From: Eledone cirrhosa
Taxonomy: Eukaryota
DNA length: 64,000 bases
Direction: 5' to 3'
Assembly (NCBI GenBank): GCA_964016885.1
Contig: OZ024740.1
Span: 65,038,001 to 65,102,000, forward strand
In this document: positions 1 to 13,005 of the stretch, in pieces
Numbering within the stretch: the first letter of the stretch is position 1
Layout of the letters: every line of letters begins with the position of its first letter
Notes under the pieces: model-generated
Told to the model about the DNA's origin: nothing
The model's input: only the letters and a program-made list of their open reading frames with translations
Database searches by the model: none
Translations under genes and position numbers: made by a program

Positions 1-83
1 TTATTCCACATAGGAGTGACGGAGTAAATATCGAATAAGGAAAAGCGAAGTAGGTTCAGATGTTCAAGTCCTTTAATAATAAT

Positions 84-265
84 TGTTTCTACTTTAGGCA
101 CAAGGCCAGCAATTACCCAGTGCATTACTGGTACTTTATTTTATCGACCCCGTAAGGATGAAAGCAAAGTCAACCTCGGCGGGATTTGAACTCAGATCGT
201 AAAGGGACGTAACTATGCTGGAAGGCATGGCGTCCGACCCTCTACTGATACTGCCAATCCACCGC
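84..265 (-). mobile_element. tRNA-derived SINE, family 1, full length, with 14-bp TSD (cctttaataataat at 70-83 and 266-279)
   Basis: Minus strand reads ggcggtggattggcag...ctgagttcaaatcccgcc (B-box-like)...cggggtcgataaaataaagtacc...cctaaagtagaaacaatt. The same sequence recurs at 10817, 59085, 61098 and 63703. Confidence 0.9.
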
Positions 266-1619
266 CCTTTAATAATAATGCTGTGATATATATTTCAATG
301 GCAACAGTGATCACACTGTTCCGTGCGTCAGTGTCGCGACATCGTCAGACAGCTTGTTACATAATAAGGTTATGTTTCCGAGGCAATCCAAATTGAATCG
401 ACATGGGAATGGACGAAGTGTGTGCTCTTGGGTTCTTCGTCCATTCCCTTGTGAGTACCAATTCACCCCCACCGGTCTGCGCAGGCGCAGGTCCGTAGGA
501 AGTTGACCATTAGCTACTGCAGATTTCAACGAAATTCGCTTAGTCAGTTCCCCCTCTCAGCCAAACAATGACCCATTCAAGGCCTGTAATATAGCTTACT
601 GCTACCCATCCCGTCAGTGGCTGTCAGTCGAAAGCCAGTGGGGATGGGAGAGTGTGAGTATCCACGGGTCTGAATACTACCTCTCATTAAGGCATGGAGA
701 GTATAATTGACCATCAACCTCTAAGAGAAAATATACTTAATTCTATGTATCATGGTTTCACGGTGGTAGTTATGAATGAGAGTTGGGAATTAAAATTTAA
801 AATCCGAAATCAGAAATCAAATATTAAATATCAAAAATTAGAAATTAAAAATTAACAATTAAAAATTAATACTTTTTCAAGTGGGAATCTGGATTGAGGC
901 GAGTAAAAAAATATAGATCGAAGTGAGTAAATAATATGCAGAGAGATGTTTAAGTAAGAAGTTTTGAAATGGGTATTAATGTTACGGTTATATTATCTAT
1001 ATACTGAACGATAGTACCGTACAATAGAACGGAGGGTAAATTACGGTATGAAAGGTAGTATTTAGTCGGGTACATAGTTAAAATTTCCATCACATGGAAC
1101 AGAACCCCCCAAAAAACGATATAACGTACACAGAAGAAAAAAGAAAATTAATGAATAAATGCAAAAACACATAGAGTACATATATGCAAAATGAGATAGA
1201 TGATCAATATGATTGTCAATTTGTCAATGTATAGATTGAATTGAGGGGGCTTCTGTTCAAATGCGATTTGGTGCATGAAAATAGGGGTTTATCTTTGTTT
1301 TTGTTTCCGCGTATTTATCCTGCCGAAAGGTATTATTATGTCCGTCCAGTATCAGGGGTTTCTATCCCCATTATATATATGTATACATAAAATATATGAA
1401 GGACACTCACGTCGTATATCGACGTATGAATGTTTAACAGTTTTCTCTTTTCCTTTTTTATGGTTATGAATGCATGCCACATTAATGTTGCTGTCATTTA
1501 AAGCGGTTGACAGGGTTTTAAATGAGGCAGCATGTAATATTTAATCGGAGTTTTTGCTGTTTGATCTTAGATCACGAAGGTTGAGGTAATGTTTCAAATT
1601 TCTTTACACCTTCGTGGCA

Positions 1620-2700
1620 GACAGGTCTGTTCCACGGTCAGATGTGAGAGGTATGTGCACAGATTTAAGATTTACTTCAGTTTGTCTTTATTACTGAATA
1701 ATTGTTTTCTTACATTACGTGCACCACATTAAATAAAGGGGTTCATATATTTCAGATCCTAGTCATCCACAGTAATGAGAAATCAGTTGTCCTTACTCAA
1801 CATCTTCTATTTGTTTGGAGGTGCTTGGTCTTGGTTGATGTAACACCTCAGACATCTTAATACTGATTGTTAAACCAGCTTCTTTACAGGCAATCGAGAA
1901 GCGATCAATCAATCGGTATACCTCCTCGAAGAATGTTGCAAAAAGTGCAGAATCATCACCAAACAATAAAATACGTATAACACATGTTCTTGTATATGTA
2001 TTAGCTTTAAAGCGCGGATGGTCGAATGAGCCACACGATGTAAGGAATTCAAATCTGAATCCAGCGTCTAATTCGTCAAATGCGTACTGGAGCATTACTG
2101 ATAAGAACAAAGCAAAGAGCACAGGGGTGATACACAAGCTTGCTTCGTACCGTTTGTCACACCAAAAGATCCAGAACATTCACCATTTGACATAATTGAT
2201 GCTTCCATTCATTCAGCAAATTGTAATGAATGTCAAGCTTTTTGAGGATTTTCAAGAGAACTGCGCGTTACAGTGTCAAATTCTTTGTTCAAACAGAAAA
2301 AAGCCATAATAAGTTCCAGGTTTTTTTCACGAACTTCCACCTCAACTTGGTGATGGAAAAATAATGCAAATATTACTCTGAAATGTGCGAAAATCACATT
2401 AATTTACAAGGTAGATATCATCGACAAGTCAGGATGTAATCCTTTTGAGCAATACGGTAAAGGAAAATGCAGGAAAAGTTGTCACAGGTAGATTTTTTAC
2501 ATTTGTTCTTGAGGAGATGGATTATATTTCTATCTCAGAAGTGTTGAGGGACATATTTGCCTTTTAAGATTTTCAGAAATAGCCGAAGAATCATACAAAC
2601 AAGTTTTAACCAAAAATAGCATTAAATTTTAGGTGGCATGCCATCTTTACCAGCAAATTTATTGTACAATAGTTGCTTAATAGCGACTTGTATATCAATC
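1620..2700 (-). pseudogene. Degenerate RTE-clade (BovB-like) LINE reverse transcriptase fragment
   Basis: ORF 1793-2179 contains IRILLFGDDSAL and RFSIACKEAGLTISIKMSEVLHQP, matching RTE RT motifs LLFADDCAL and GLTISxKKTEVMHQP. Boundaries are approximate. Confidence 0.75.
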
Positions 2701-2732
2701 AAGCTCGGGTTGAATGCTAATCCAAGTATCTT

Positions 2733-2876
2733 AGGCCTATGTGGGATAGATGTTATCACATAGTCATTGTTGTTTGACACTGTATTCAGGACTGTGCTTG
2801 CTGCTTATAGTCTTTATAGGCGTTCTTTTAAGTTGTTCAGGTTTTATCTCCACACACTCACACACACACATACATA

Positions 2877-2914
<38 letters not shown>

Positions 2915-3608
2915 TATTGAAGTTTGCTTGAAGCATTGTGGAATAATAAGGTAAATTTCTTTAATTCGTCTTTGGAAGCCTCGACAATGCAAATGGGTAA
3001 ATCTCCGGGTAACAAGATCCGGTGGTGGAGAGAGAGATGTAAGTGGGTGTACGTTGAGATGCGTGGCGTGTATAAGACGTGTAGAGGAATGAAGGAAAGA
3101 GCATAAAAGATAAAATAAAAATAACAACACGAGAGAGAGTTACCTTGGGAGAGATTTAATTGTCCATATATATTTCGGATTCACATCCATCAACTGGGGT
3201 TTTTTCCGGGGTGGGGGAAAGGTTGTCTGTCGGAAAGGTGCGAATCGCGTCCTCCGTTGTTCGTTGTTTTGAATATTTTGAATATCATATTCAAAACAAC
3301 GAACAGCGGAGGACGCATTTCGCACCTTTCCGACAGACAACCTTTCCCCCACCCCGGAAAAAACCCCAGTTGATGGATGTGAATCCGAAATATATAGGGA
3401 CGATTAAATCTCTCCCAAGGTAACTCTATCTCGTGTTGTTATTTTAATTTTATCCTTTATGCTCTTTTCTTCATTCCTCTACACGTCTTATACACACCAC
3501 GCATCTCAACATACACCCACTTACATCTCTCTCTCCCCACCGGATCTTGTTACCCGGAGATTTACCCATTTGCATTGTCGAGACTTCCAAACGACTTAAA
3601 GAAATTTA

Positions 3609-3659
<51 letters not shown>

Positions 3660-3800
3660 TATGTCTGTGTGTGTGAGTGTGTGGAGATAAAACGTGAACA
3701 ACTTAAAAAACGCCTATAAAGACAGTAAGCAGCAAGCACAGTCCTGAATACTGAGTCAAACAACAATGAATATGTGATAACATCTATCCCACATAGGCCT
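2733..3800. repeat. About 1.07-kb imperfect palindrome: PLE-end fold-back (about 2910-3611) inside (TA)n, plus inverted duplication of flank (2733-2880 / 3656-3800)
   Basis: Arms are reverse complements (aggcctatgtgggatag... versus ...ctatcccacataggcct), centre near 3285. Degenerate HHR-like motif ccc CAGTTGA t ggat-gtga-atcc GAAA tata ta ggg at 3364-3399, mirrored at about 3163-3200. Confidence 0.9.
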
Positions 3801-4100
3801 GTATATATATAAATAATGATAATAATCATAATAATAATAATAATAATAATGCTTTCTTTATTAACCACAAGGGTTTACATAAAGTAGACATTAAGGACAG
3901 TACGGGACAATACAGGGCGGTACAAATGGGCATTTCTGCGTGTAAAAAAACAAGAAACAGAGGATGTAATAATATAACAATGAAAAAATTCCCCAATAGG
4001 GGGAGACTTCCGAGGCACATTGGTGGAGAAAGCCCATTAAAAAGCCACAGCGACCCTGACCACCAGGGCAAGTACCCTCTCCCAGTTTTCCACCTTTAAT

Positions 4101-7100
4101 TTACAGACACATACTCAGAGTAGGCCCATTCACTCGGGCCATTCCTGCCTCTCTCACCCATCTTTCAACAAAATGCTGGGAAGAGAGCACTTCCCTTTCT
4201 ACCCCGATTTTCCTTTTCAAATGAAATTTGAAAAAGTTAATCAGGGCATCATCGAAGAGGTAAGTGCTCGTCTGCAGCCCTTTCAAACGTGTCCACCATA
4301 ATATCTCTTTCGCCATGGCCACCAGACAGATAAAAACTGCCTGCCCTTCCCGGCTAAACGAAGAGGACGGGGCAATCCTCACGATGGACTCAGCTGATAG
4401 CTGGATCCGTCCCACCGCGACATCAGGTGTTCGACATAAACCCACAAGACAGCGATGCTCGGACACAGGACGAGTGCGGGCAGGACGGTTTCGTCGCCCT
4501 GCGCGCATCTCGGACATGCCCGCTGACAGCACCTCCATGCCTGTAGAGTTTATCCCGAACTGGCAAAGCTCCTCGGTAGCACTGCCAGGCCAGGGATTTC
4601 TGGAAGTTGTCCATAGGCCCCGGCCCGAAAGTTCTTGCGAAGAGGTTGGCTAGTTGATTTTCGTCGACGCCTAGAGTTTCCCCAAGTACGTCGTCGCTCT
4701 TCGCCTCCACTAATCCTCTATAGAACGCCAAGGTGGAGTTTCCACCGATCACATTGCTCAATTGGTCGAGGGTTGTGAGCGCCTGAAGACATTCCAGTTT
4801 CCAAGCGCTCCCTCTCGGTCTTCGCTTGACCCAGGACTGCAGCTCCGTCAAGAAGACGAGCTGGGAAAAGACGTGTCTAGCAAACGGAGACCACACCTGA
4901 TCACCGTCGAGGAAGAGGTGGAGATGTCGTAGCCTGAGCGTGTGTCTGCGTATCATCAGCCACGGCATTCCCAGCCCTCCACGTAGCGGGTTTTGACAGC
5001 AGATGGAACGTCTGACCATCGGAGGGCGTCTCTTCCACAAAAAGCGAAAGAGCAAACGCTCCAGCGCAGTCAGGCGGGGCTTAGGACAAGGTACGACGGT
5101 CAGGTGGTAGGAGATGACGGACGCGATATACGCGTTAGCCACCTCCGCTCGACCTTTCAGGGATAGGTTCCTCTCGGCCGATTTCTAGGTGAGAGAAGCC
5201 ACCCTGCTTGTCACCTCGTCTCAGTTTTTGTCCGTCTGGAGATCCGGACCGAACCAGACCCCGAGCAATTTAACTGGTCCGTCCGTTCAGCGCCCGGCGA
5301 CGTTGTTGGACGGCATGGACCTGTCTCTCTAGGTGCCGAGCTGCAGGCCCACTGACTTTTCCTGGTTGATCATTGCTCCTGTCACCGCTTCGTATTCTCT
5401 TAGTGTAGTGCCGATCGCCTCGATGTGTTTGGCGTTCGAGACCACTACGGCGACATCGTCCGCATATACTGACACAGATCTTCCGCATCCTAGTTCGCGC
5501 TGACCCCCCTCAACGTCTCCAGTTTGTGCAGTAAAGGCTCGAGAGTTAATACGTACAAGAGGGACGAAAGGGGACATCCTTGGCGGACCGAGCGCATGAT
5601 GTTGAACGGTTCCGAAAGGTGACCGTTCACTCTCACCACAGAGCAGATGTCGCTGTGCATGGCAGCGATCCAGCCTCTGAAGACGGGCCCAAAGCCAGCC
5701 GCCCTCAGGACTGCCGCTAGGTAACGATGGTCGACTCTATCGAAAGCTTTCGACTGATCTAAATTTATCAAGGACCCACCCGTGCCAGGTTCCCTAGCTA
5801 CCCTCTCTACGATGAATCGCATGATGTGGAGGTTGTCATAGATGGATCTGTCGGGAATGGCGCATGTCTGCGCCTCTTCCACCAGACCACCAACGACAAG
5901 CGCCAACCTCTTTGGTAGCACCTTGGCCAAAATCTTGAACTCTGTGTTTAGTATAGTTATGGGCCTAAAATTATCTATGTTATCCCCCTTGTTCGGATCC
6001 TTTCTCAGCAGCGCCACAGCTCCTGGGCTCACAGAGCTGGGAATTCTCCCGTTCTGTTGCCAGTTGCAGTAGACGTCCGCCAAGAGGCCTCCGAACAAGT
6101 CTGGCATCTGTATGTAAAGTTCATAGGGCAGACCATCCAAACCAGGCGATTTACCCCTTTTGCAGCTTGTCATTGCCTCCCGTACTTCAGCGGCTGTTAT
6201 CGGCTTTTCGCAACAGTCCGCCTCAGTGGCCGAGAATCGCGGCAGTCCGTCGAGGTAGACACTAAAATCCATCCCTCTATCCGGCCCGCCGCTGCCCCCG
6301 AACAACTGAGCGAAGTGTTGCTGAAAGGCTTCACACATTTGCCCGGGATCGAGTAGCAAGCGCCCGTCGTGGTCCACCAAAGACCGGATCGTGGCTTTGT
6401 TGCCACGACGCGCCTCCGCCACTCGGGCCCATTGAACGGCTTTCGTCCCCTCGTGTCTCAGAGCACGCACCATAGCTCAGACAACGCAGCCTTCGTGCTT
6501 TGCATTGAAGAATTGGTCAAGGGCCAATTTCGCCGCAAGTACGTCGGTCGCGATGCCTTTGCTAAGCGCCTCGTCTAATTTTCTAACTAATTCTCCCTCT
6601 GCTCTATTTTTCTCTATTGCTAAAGCCTTACTAAACCTAATGGACACTATTCTAATTGCTCTTTTCAGAGCAACCACCACTTGTTGTTGAGGATGGCTCC
6701 TGTCAACGCCCGCTTAACTAGTTCGCTAATCCGGTCTCTGTAGGCCTTGCCGCTGGTATGGACGCGTTTAGCTTCCAGTAGCCGGGCCCTCATCTATGAA
6801 GCCAATCTAAGTCAAGCGCACAGATCACGAATTTGTGGTCCGTGTAGCTGACTATAGTGAATTGTGGACAGCCTATGCTAGACCTATCTATTTCTCTACA
6901 AAATACTCTATCTAGATATGATCGGGATGACCCTATGCGATTTGTCCAAGTCCACATTGGCACATTCGGGAAATTCAATCGGTACCTGTCAGACAGTTCA
7001 AAACGCCTGAGCAGGTTGGTGAGGCTCTTGCACCCCCCTCCCCTATCCGCTAATCCCACACAGTCCCAGCGTGTATCTAGGATCCCGTTCCAGTCGCCCA

Positions 7101-7523
7101 CTAACACTAAAGAGCGGGACGTTCCAAGAAAGGTCTCCAGACGCCGGAAGAAATCAGGCCGACCTGCTCCTGTCTGGGCATAGACGGCCACTAGCCTGAA
7201 AGCTTTCCCGTCTCCGCTGGTCATGTCTAGCACCACCAACTTACCCTCTGGATCCAGGAAGATGGCCCGTATGGCGAGATCCAAACCTCTCCGATCCAGG
7301 ACGGCTGGGAGATGCGTACACATCGTAGCCGCCGAAGATCGGTGCGAAGGTCCGTGCTTCGGAGATTCTGGTCTCGCTGATGGCCACTACATCTATGTTT
7401 AGTGACCTGAGGTCGTTGAGCAGGAGGCCCTGCTTCCATAACGACCCCAAGCCACGCGCATTTATGCTGCCTATTCAGAGTGAGGTCATGTTGAAATGGA
7501 GTGGAAAATATGGGAAAGACCAC
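4101..7523 (-). pseudogene. LINE ORF2 (APE endonuclease + RT + C-terminal region), frameshifted with stops
   Basis: EN motifs DVVAISETR, LVGDWN, SYLDRVF, TDHK. RT motifs KSPGLDGLPYE, NFRPITILNTEFKILAK, LDQSKAFDRVDH, VRQGCPLS, YADD. Also GGLGMP. Confidence 0.92.
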
Positions 7524-9203
7524 TTACCTTACTTCTCTTAGAGGAAGGATGGTTTGTCCATCCTTTTCACTGCTTGTGGCCTCTTCCGGAAGGATGTCCT
7601 TATAAATCCTCCTGGAGAGTGTTTGTCGGAAATCTCCGATGTCTTTGCGGAATTTTTGTTTTAGTGTCGTGTACGTTTTCTGGGTGAACCGAGTGATTTG
7701 TATGCGTGGAGGTGGTGTGAACTTTTGGGTTGTTGTGTAGTCTTTTTCTGTGATGCTGGTGTTGTGTTGCATGTATTGTAATAATTGGTTGTTGTTCAAA
7801 TTTAATGCTGTGTAGTGTGTATCGTTTTGGTTGTTTTGTTTTGTTTGCTTTTGTTGTGGGTTTGTTTCTGTTACGCTTTTTGGTGACTTTTGTGGTGTTG
7901 GTGATGGTGGTGTTGGGGTTAATGATGGTGATGGTGTTGGTGTTTGTGGTGATGGGGTTGGTGATGCTGGTGTGGATGGTTGCATATCTGTCCTAACTTT
8001 TTTGTTTGATAATTTATTTGTTTCCCTCTGTATTTTGTTTTTGGAGGGGGAAGGAAGATAATTTTTTCTTTTTTTGTTTCTTTTTTTTTCTTTTATCCTG
8101 ATACCGTTTCCCACTCCTCGTCGTCACAATCTGTCTCCAGTTGCGATAAGCCGGGGAGTAGAAAATCCCCCACAGGCATTGGTTTTGGTTGTGGCGTGGT
8201 GGATGGTGTAGGCGCTGGTGCTAGTTCTGGCGCGTTGGGTGGTGGTGGTGTTGGTTTTGCTACTGTTGCTGGGGTTGTTGCTGCTATAGTTGCTTCTGTT
8301 GTTGCTGCTACAGTTGTTGCTGCCATTTCTGCTGCTAGTGGTGTTGATGGTTGAGTCACTGGGTGGGTAGGAGAGGTGGCCTCAACCTTTTAGCCTGAGG
8401 GTAGAAAGCCCTTAGGTGGATTCCTTCACCACAAACGACACACCTAGGTCTTCTGCCCTCGAAGATTACGGTGAGGTGGCTGCCGTCAGTGAGGTATATT
8501 ACCTCTGGGATCTCCTCACTGCCTTTATGGTCCGCTTGGATCAGGAGCTCCATCCCAGATCCGGACCAGTTCTCTCGCTATTTCAATTATCTTGGTGTTG
8601 GCCTCAATGCCGGCGAGGACGGCAGCCATTAGCCAGGGAATTTCGATGACCGGTGGAAAGTGGGTCACCCTGATCTTCACAAGTCTCTGGCCACAATAGC
8701 TTGGGATGAGTGTGAAGTCGTCACTTCTTAATGGGGCCATGGAGTGTTTTCTGGCCTCCTGTGGTGTTTGAAAGAACACGTCCACGGTTCCATACTTCTG
8801 CCCACGTCTGATGTGGGTTTATTTTTCCCACACATGTCCCAAAGCTTTTGGGATTTGGGACTCGGATGCCCGTTCCACTCGGCGCGATTTTATGTTGATT
8901 GTCCGATAAGACACGGTGCATAGGCGACGTTGCTCCATTTTATTAGGTGGGAGGGGTGGGGGGAAGGCTGACCCTGTACCCATCTTTCTTTACCATTCCT
9001 TTGGCTTCTTCTAATTCCTCCTGAGTTACCTGGATCGCTTCGCACGTTTTTGCTACTCTGGCAAAACTCAGGGTAGTTTTCTTAATTTCATTGTTGCTGT
9101 TGTTGTTATCGTTATTTTTGCTATTGTTAATTTTAGTTTCAGTTGTGGTGGTGGTGGCGTCAGTGGTGTTCGGTGTGGAAGAGTTCATTTTGGTTGAATT
9201 CAT
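7524..9203 (-). pseudogene. LINE ORF1 (gag-like), fragmented
   Basis: ORF pieces with SFARVAK, a degenerate CCHC knuckle (GRRPRCVVCGEGIHLRAFYP), P/T-rich linkers and EWETV..KKR; directly upstream of ORF2. Confidence 0.75.
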
Positions 9204-9668
9204 TTCGATATCACGAGTTCATTTTTTTTTCTTTTGTTTCTGTTGTCGCTGTGGTGTTGGTGGTCGTGGTGGTGGTGGCGGCTTTAACGCTTGCAGTCGT
9301 TGGTAATAGCGGGAAATGAACGTCTGCCTGAGACAAATTTAAAATATTGCTACTGCTTACATTTCCAGTGTTGGCAAACGTAGCAATATTTACAATAGTG
9401 GTGTCGGTGTGAGGTGTTAGATTGTGAGGAAGGAGTTACTCTGAGTAAGCTATGATTTTTCAAAGAAAAATTTTTGTTTGATAATTATAAAAAGTTTACA
9501 TTTTGGACTCAAGGCCCCGATATTTTTGAGTGTCCTTTTCAGAAATCAATGTATATGCACTTATATACAGTTAACAATAAAAATATTCCATAAATGGCAA
9601 TTTTAAACAACTGAAAATAACAAACCTTTGCGGAGCTCACGATGATACGATTTACTACGTAGGTCGTC

Positions 9669-9711
<43 letters not shown>

Positions 9712-9767
9712 TATATATAATTCAGAATAATAATAAATGAAGACATTCACATAATCAAAATATATAT

Positions 9768-9830
9768 GTTTTTATATATATTTCGAAGGTACTGTGCTGT
9801 TTTTTCAGTACGTCCTCGTCAGATAAAATA
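9768..9830 (-). ncRNA. Type I hammerhead ribozyme motif (PLE 3' end)
   Basis: Minus strand: ttttat CTGACGA ggac gtactg...cagtac cttc GAAA tata ta taaaa. Core intact; stem I register slightly off. Confidence 0.65.
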
Positions 9831-10816
9831 CATGAATTGATGTATGTCATACCTCAACGGTCTTGAAAGTTCAATTCCAGTATTGGCAATGATTTATTAC
9901 AACAAATCTCAACATTTATATACCACAAATAATAACATGATAAACTTAAATTTAAAGAAGAAGAGGATGTGGAGCGAGATATGGGTATATAGTGGGGGGG
10001 AATATGATGAAATGCAAGAAGAAAATAAATAAATACATACATAAATATTTAAATGAGTAAATAGAAGTATTAGGGTAGAAATATATAAAAGGCAAAAGAA
10101 GAGATAGAGAAGACAGAAGAAGAAAGAAGAAACAACGACAAAAAAGAAATAAAGAAATGAGGTGGGCATGTATAAAGACCATTGTTTTCAAATATTAAGT
10201 CAAATTGAGGCAACCAATTAAATAACATGTATTCGGTTATATTTAAGCTAATTATACTTATATAGTATATCAAAATTAAACAATATAAAAATATTTTCTA
10301 TAGCCATCAGATATATAGTTTAATTAAGTAATATATTCATTAAATATTTTGTTACAATATTTAAAAACATTTTTATCTTTAAAGCTTATTTAAATAATTA
10401 TTAAATATTTATAAGGATATTTATTAAACATATGCATATATCACCATCAGTATATATATTTTATATTATATTAGATCATTTATTATCTGAATTATTCTAT
10501 TTTCTTTATTAAATCATTTCAATTCATTGATTGTCATTTCATTACAGGATTAATTGTAGTTATATTTACTCTCTTAAGTTTTATTATTTCGCATTTACTT
10601 CCGTAATTACTTATTATTATATATAGTTTCTCTTTAAGGATATTCATATATTATTTCAACATGTTTGATTATTTATACATAAACATACTTGATAGTATTT
10701 TAGAGCGTATCATATGCTGTATTATACTAAGTGCAATTTACCAAACCGTACTTACTATATTGTGTTGGTTATGTTGTATATTATCGCATTACTGTATTTC
10801 ATTATCTTATTATAAT

Positions 10817-10913
10817 CTGAGTTCAAATCCCGCCGAGGTTGACTCTGCCTTTCATCCTTACGGGGTCGATAAAATAAAGTACCAGTAATGGCCTTGTGCC
10901 TAAAGTAGAAATA
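10817..10913 (+). mobile_element. 5'-truncated SINE family 1 with 16-bp TSD (attatcttattataat at 10801-10816 and 10914-10929)
   Basis: ctgagttcaaatcccgccgaggttgact...cctaaagtagaaat between exact direct repeats. Confidence 0.9.
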
Positions 10914-11271
10914 ATTATCTTATTATAATTTTCATCTTTTAATATACTATCTTTCCTAGCCATAACCTTAATTTATATTCACCTAAAAACTCAATACAAC
11001 ACTAATCACAATTTATTTTGACATTCTTTTTAAATTCACTATACCAGATACATTCAACTATCAGTTTGACAATCCCTTTCCTCCTAATAGATTTTTATGC
11101 CAGATCTACTAACACCCTTCAACCATTCCTTTCAAAGGGTCATGACCTCAACTAAAGTATATTACTTTTCATCTGAACACCATATGAATAAAACAATTTG
11201 ATTGATTAGTTCTTCAACTACCTCCAAATAAAAGCATGATACTAACATACGACTAATTCTGAATAAAATAA

Positions 11272-11415
11272 TTATTGCTTTTGAAAACAGCTGGTGATAT
11301 GCATGTAAGTAAATATTCTCTTCATCAGATATTTTGTAACTAACCTTACATAGATCAACAACGGTGTAGAGCTACAATGTATTTTCATCACCTAGAAACG
11401 ATCGGAAAGCAGTGA
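11272..11415 (+). ncRNA. Degenerate type I hammerhead (cleavage triplet mutated to GGA)
   Basis: ttattgctt TTGAAAA ...ggtgat...atcacc ta GAAA cgatcg ga aagcagtga. Same architecture and downstream tail (tacatYgagttcttcat) as the HHR at 22500. Confidence 0.6.
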
Positions 11416-11593
11416 AGTATATCTCTAATGACTTGATTTTTTATTTCATTGTTTTAACTTATATCATGACTCTGTTTTCCTGTTAATGTTTTATTGTTTT
11501 CCGGGATTTATTTTAACCTACAGCATTTTCAACATATGGATTACATCGAGTTCTTCATGCAGAATAGACCCAACAATTTACTGTGGCTAACTC

Positions 11594-11667
<74 letters not shown>

Positions 11668-12032
11668 AAAGAATAGAGGTGTAACACACGATTTATGATA
11701 TATTGGTAAAAGGAAAAGAAAATGCTGACAAATTGTTCCCAGTGAAAAATAGTTTAATTAGGAATAAGTAAAAATTAGTAATAGTATTGGTTAGTATTCA
11801 GTTTTGGTTTTAAGTTTTACCGGATACGCATTTCTAATGCTTTTCAAAAATAATTTTGAGATAGAGCGCCCGTGATGTTTGCTCTAATCTGATTGGTTTT
11901 GGAAATTCTACCTGTTTTATGTAAAACAAAGTGGCTCCAGATGTATGAAAAAAATTCTTGTGGTCAAAACAATTTTGATTGGTCGGTAGAGGTCATGTGA
12001 ATGATGATACAAATGTGAAAGATGATACAAAA

Positions 12033-13005
12033 TCACAACAAAGCGGAGATATATGAAAAATGGCTTAACTCAACCCCTCTAACTCTCCCCGTAAAATACA
12101 AATAAAGTCCATTCCAAATGAACCCGAACCTCAAAGACCAATTAGGGAAAGAATGGCATTGGAAAAAATGAAGACAGAAATTGATCTTCTTAAATTGAGG
12201 GCCCAGACACATGGGGAAAAAATCAAAACCTTCGATGAAGAGATCCTCCTGGAAATCAACAATAAAACTGAAGGCCCCAAGGTAGAGAAGATCTCTAAAT
12301 TATGGAAAGGGGACTGCAACAGAGAAGAACTGAAATCCTTTCAACTCTGGGAAAAAAGTACCGCTTGTATCCTACACTATGAATCGACATTTCAAACGGA
12401 TTACAGCTCCAATAACCCGTTCATAAAAATAGGAAAACCCATAACCGAACCGCACAACAACTTCGCAAACACCCCACCCACTAACAAAAGAAGAAGGAAG
12501 CACCACACCGAAGATGAACTTCCCAACCATAAGAAGGAACAAAAACCCTAAAAATCATCTCCCCCAGAATGACATTTACAACTTTCCCCCTTCAAGGAGA
12601 CACCATACCAAATCACTCAACTACTACGCGGATGCCTCATCGTCAAACATAGGGAAAAGATACCACCACCATGATAGATGTAACAACTTCCCCGCTTCAA
12701 GGGGACGGCAAGGTAATTTCCATTTTCTCAACTCTCGCTTCCACAATACACAACAAACCCACACCACACGATACAACCAACAACGCAGGCCACCTATAAC
12801 ACCACAATCCAACATGGCACATAGAAACACACACCCATACTCGCAATACAGGAACGCCCCATTCAATCTACAACCACGAACCCGAACCACGTTTTACAAC
12901 AACAAGGAATATAACAAACACAGGAGACCACTTAACATCAGCAGACAACCCCTCTACCCCAACCATTTTTTAGACACAGCACACAGATACAGGCAAACAA
13001 AATAA
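12033..13005 (+). pseudogene. PLE upstream ORF1 (helical/coiled-coil-like N-part, basic N/R/Q-rich C-part), one frameshift
   Basis: KAEIYEKWL..TP..RERMALEKMKTEIDLLKLRA...NNPFIK...NHFLD; clearly homologous to 38488-39349. Confidence 0.75.

Larger units (their letters stand above)
3851..9668 (-). mobile_element. Near full-length, inactivated L1/Tx1-clade LINE flanked on both sides by (AAT)n
   Basis: ORF1 followed by APE-RT ORF2; 3' end aataaagaaagc(att)n at about 3851-3862; 5' end abuts (aat)n from 9669. Confidence 0.9.

Noticed and set aside
740-1100. Minus-strand GAAA-ccatga-ta half hammerhead near 750-760
   Set aside because: No matching CUGANGA or UUGANAA core could be placed.
4264-8649. 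Plus-strand ORFs over the LINE
   Set aside because: Antisense shadows of the GC-rich ORF1/ORF2.
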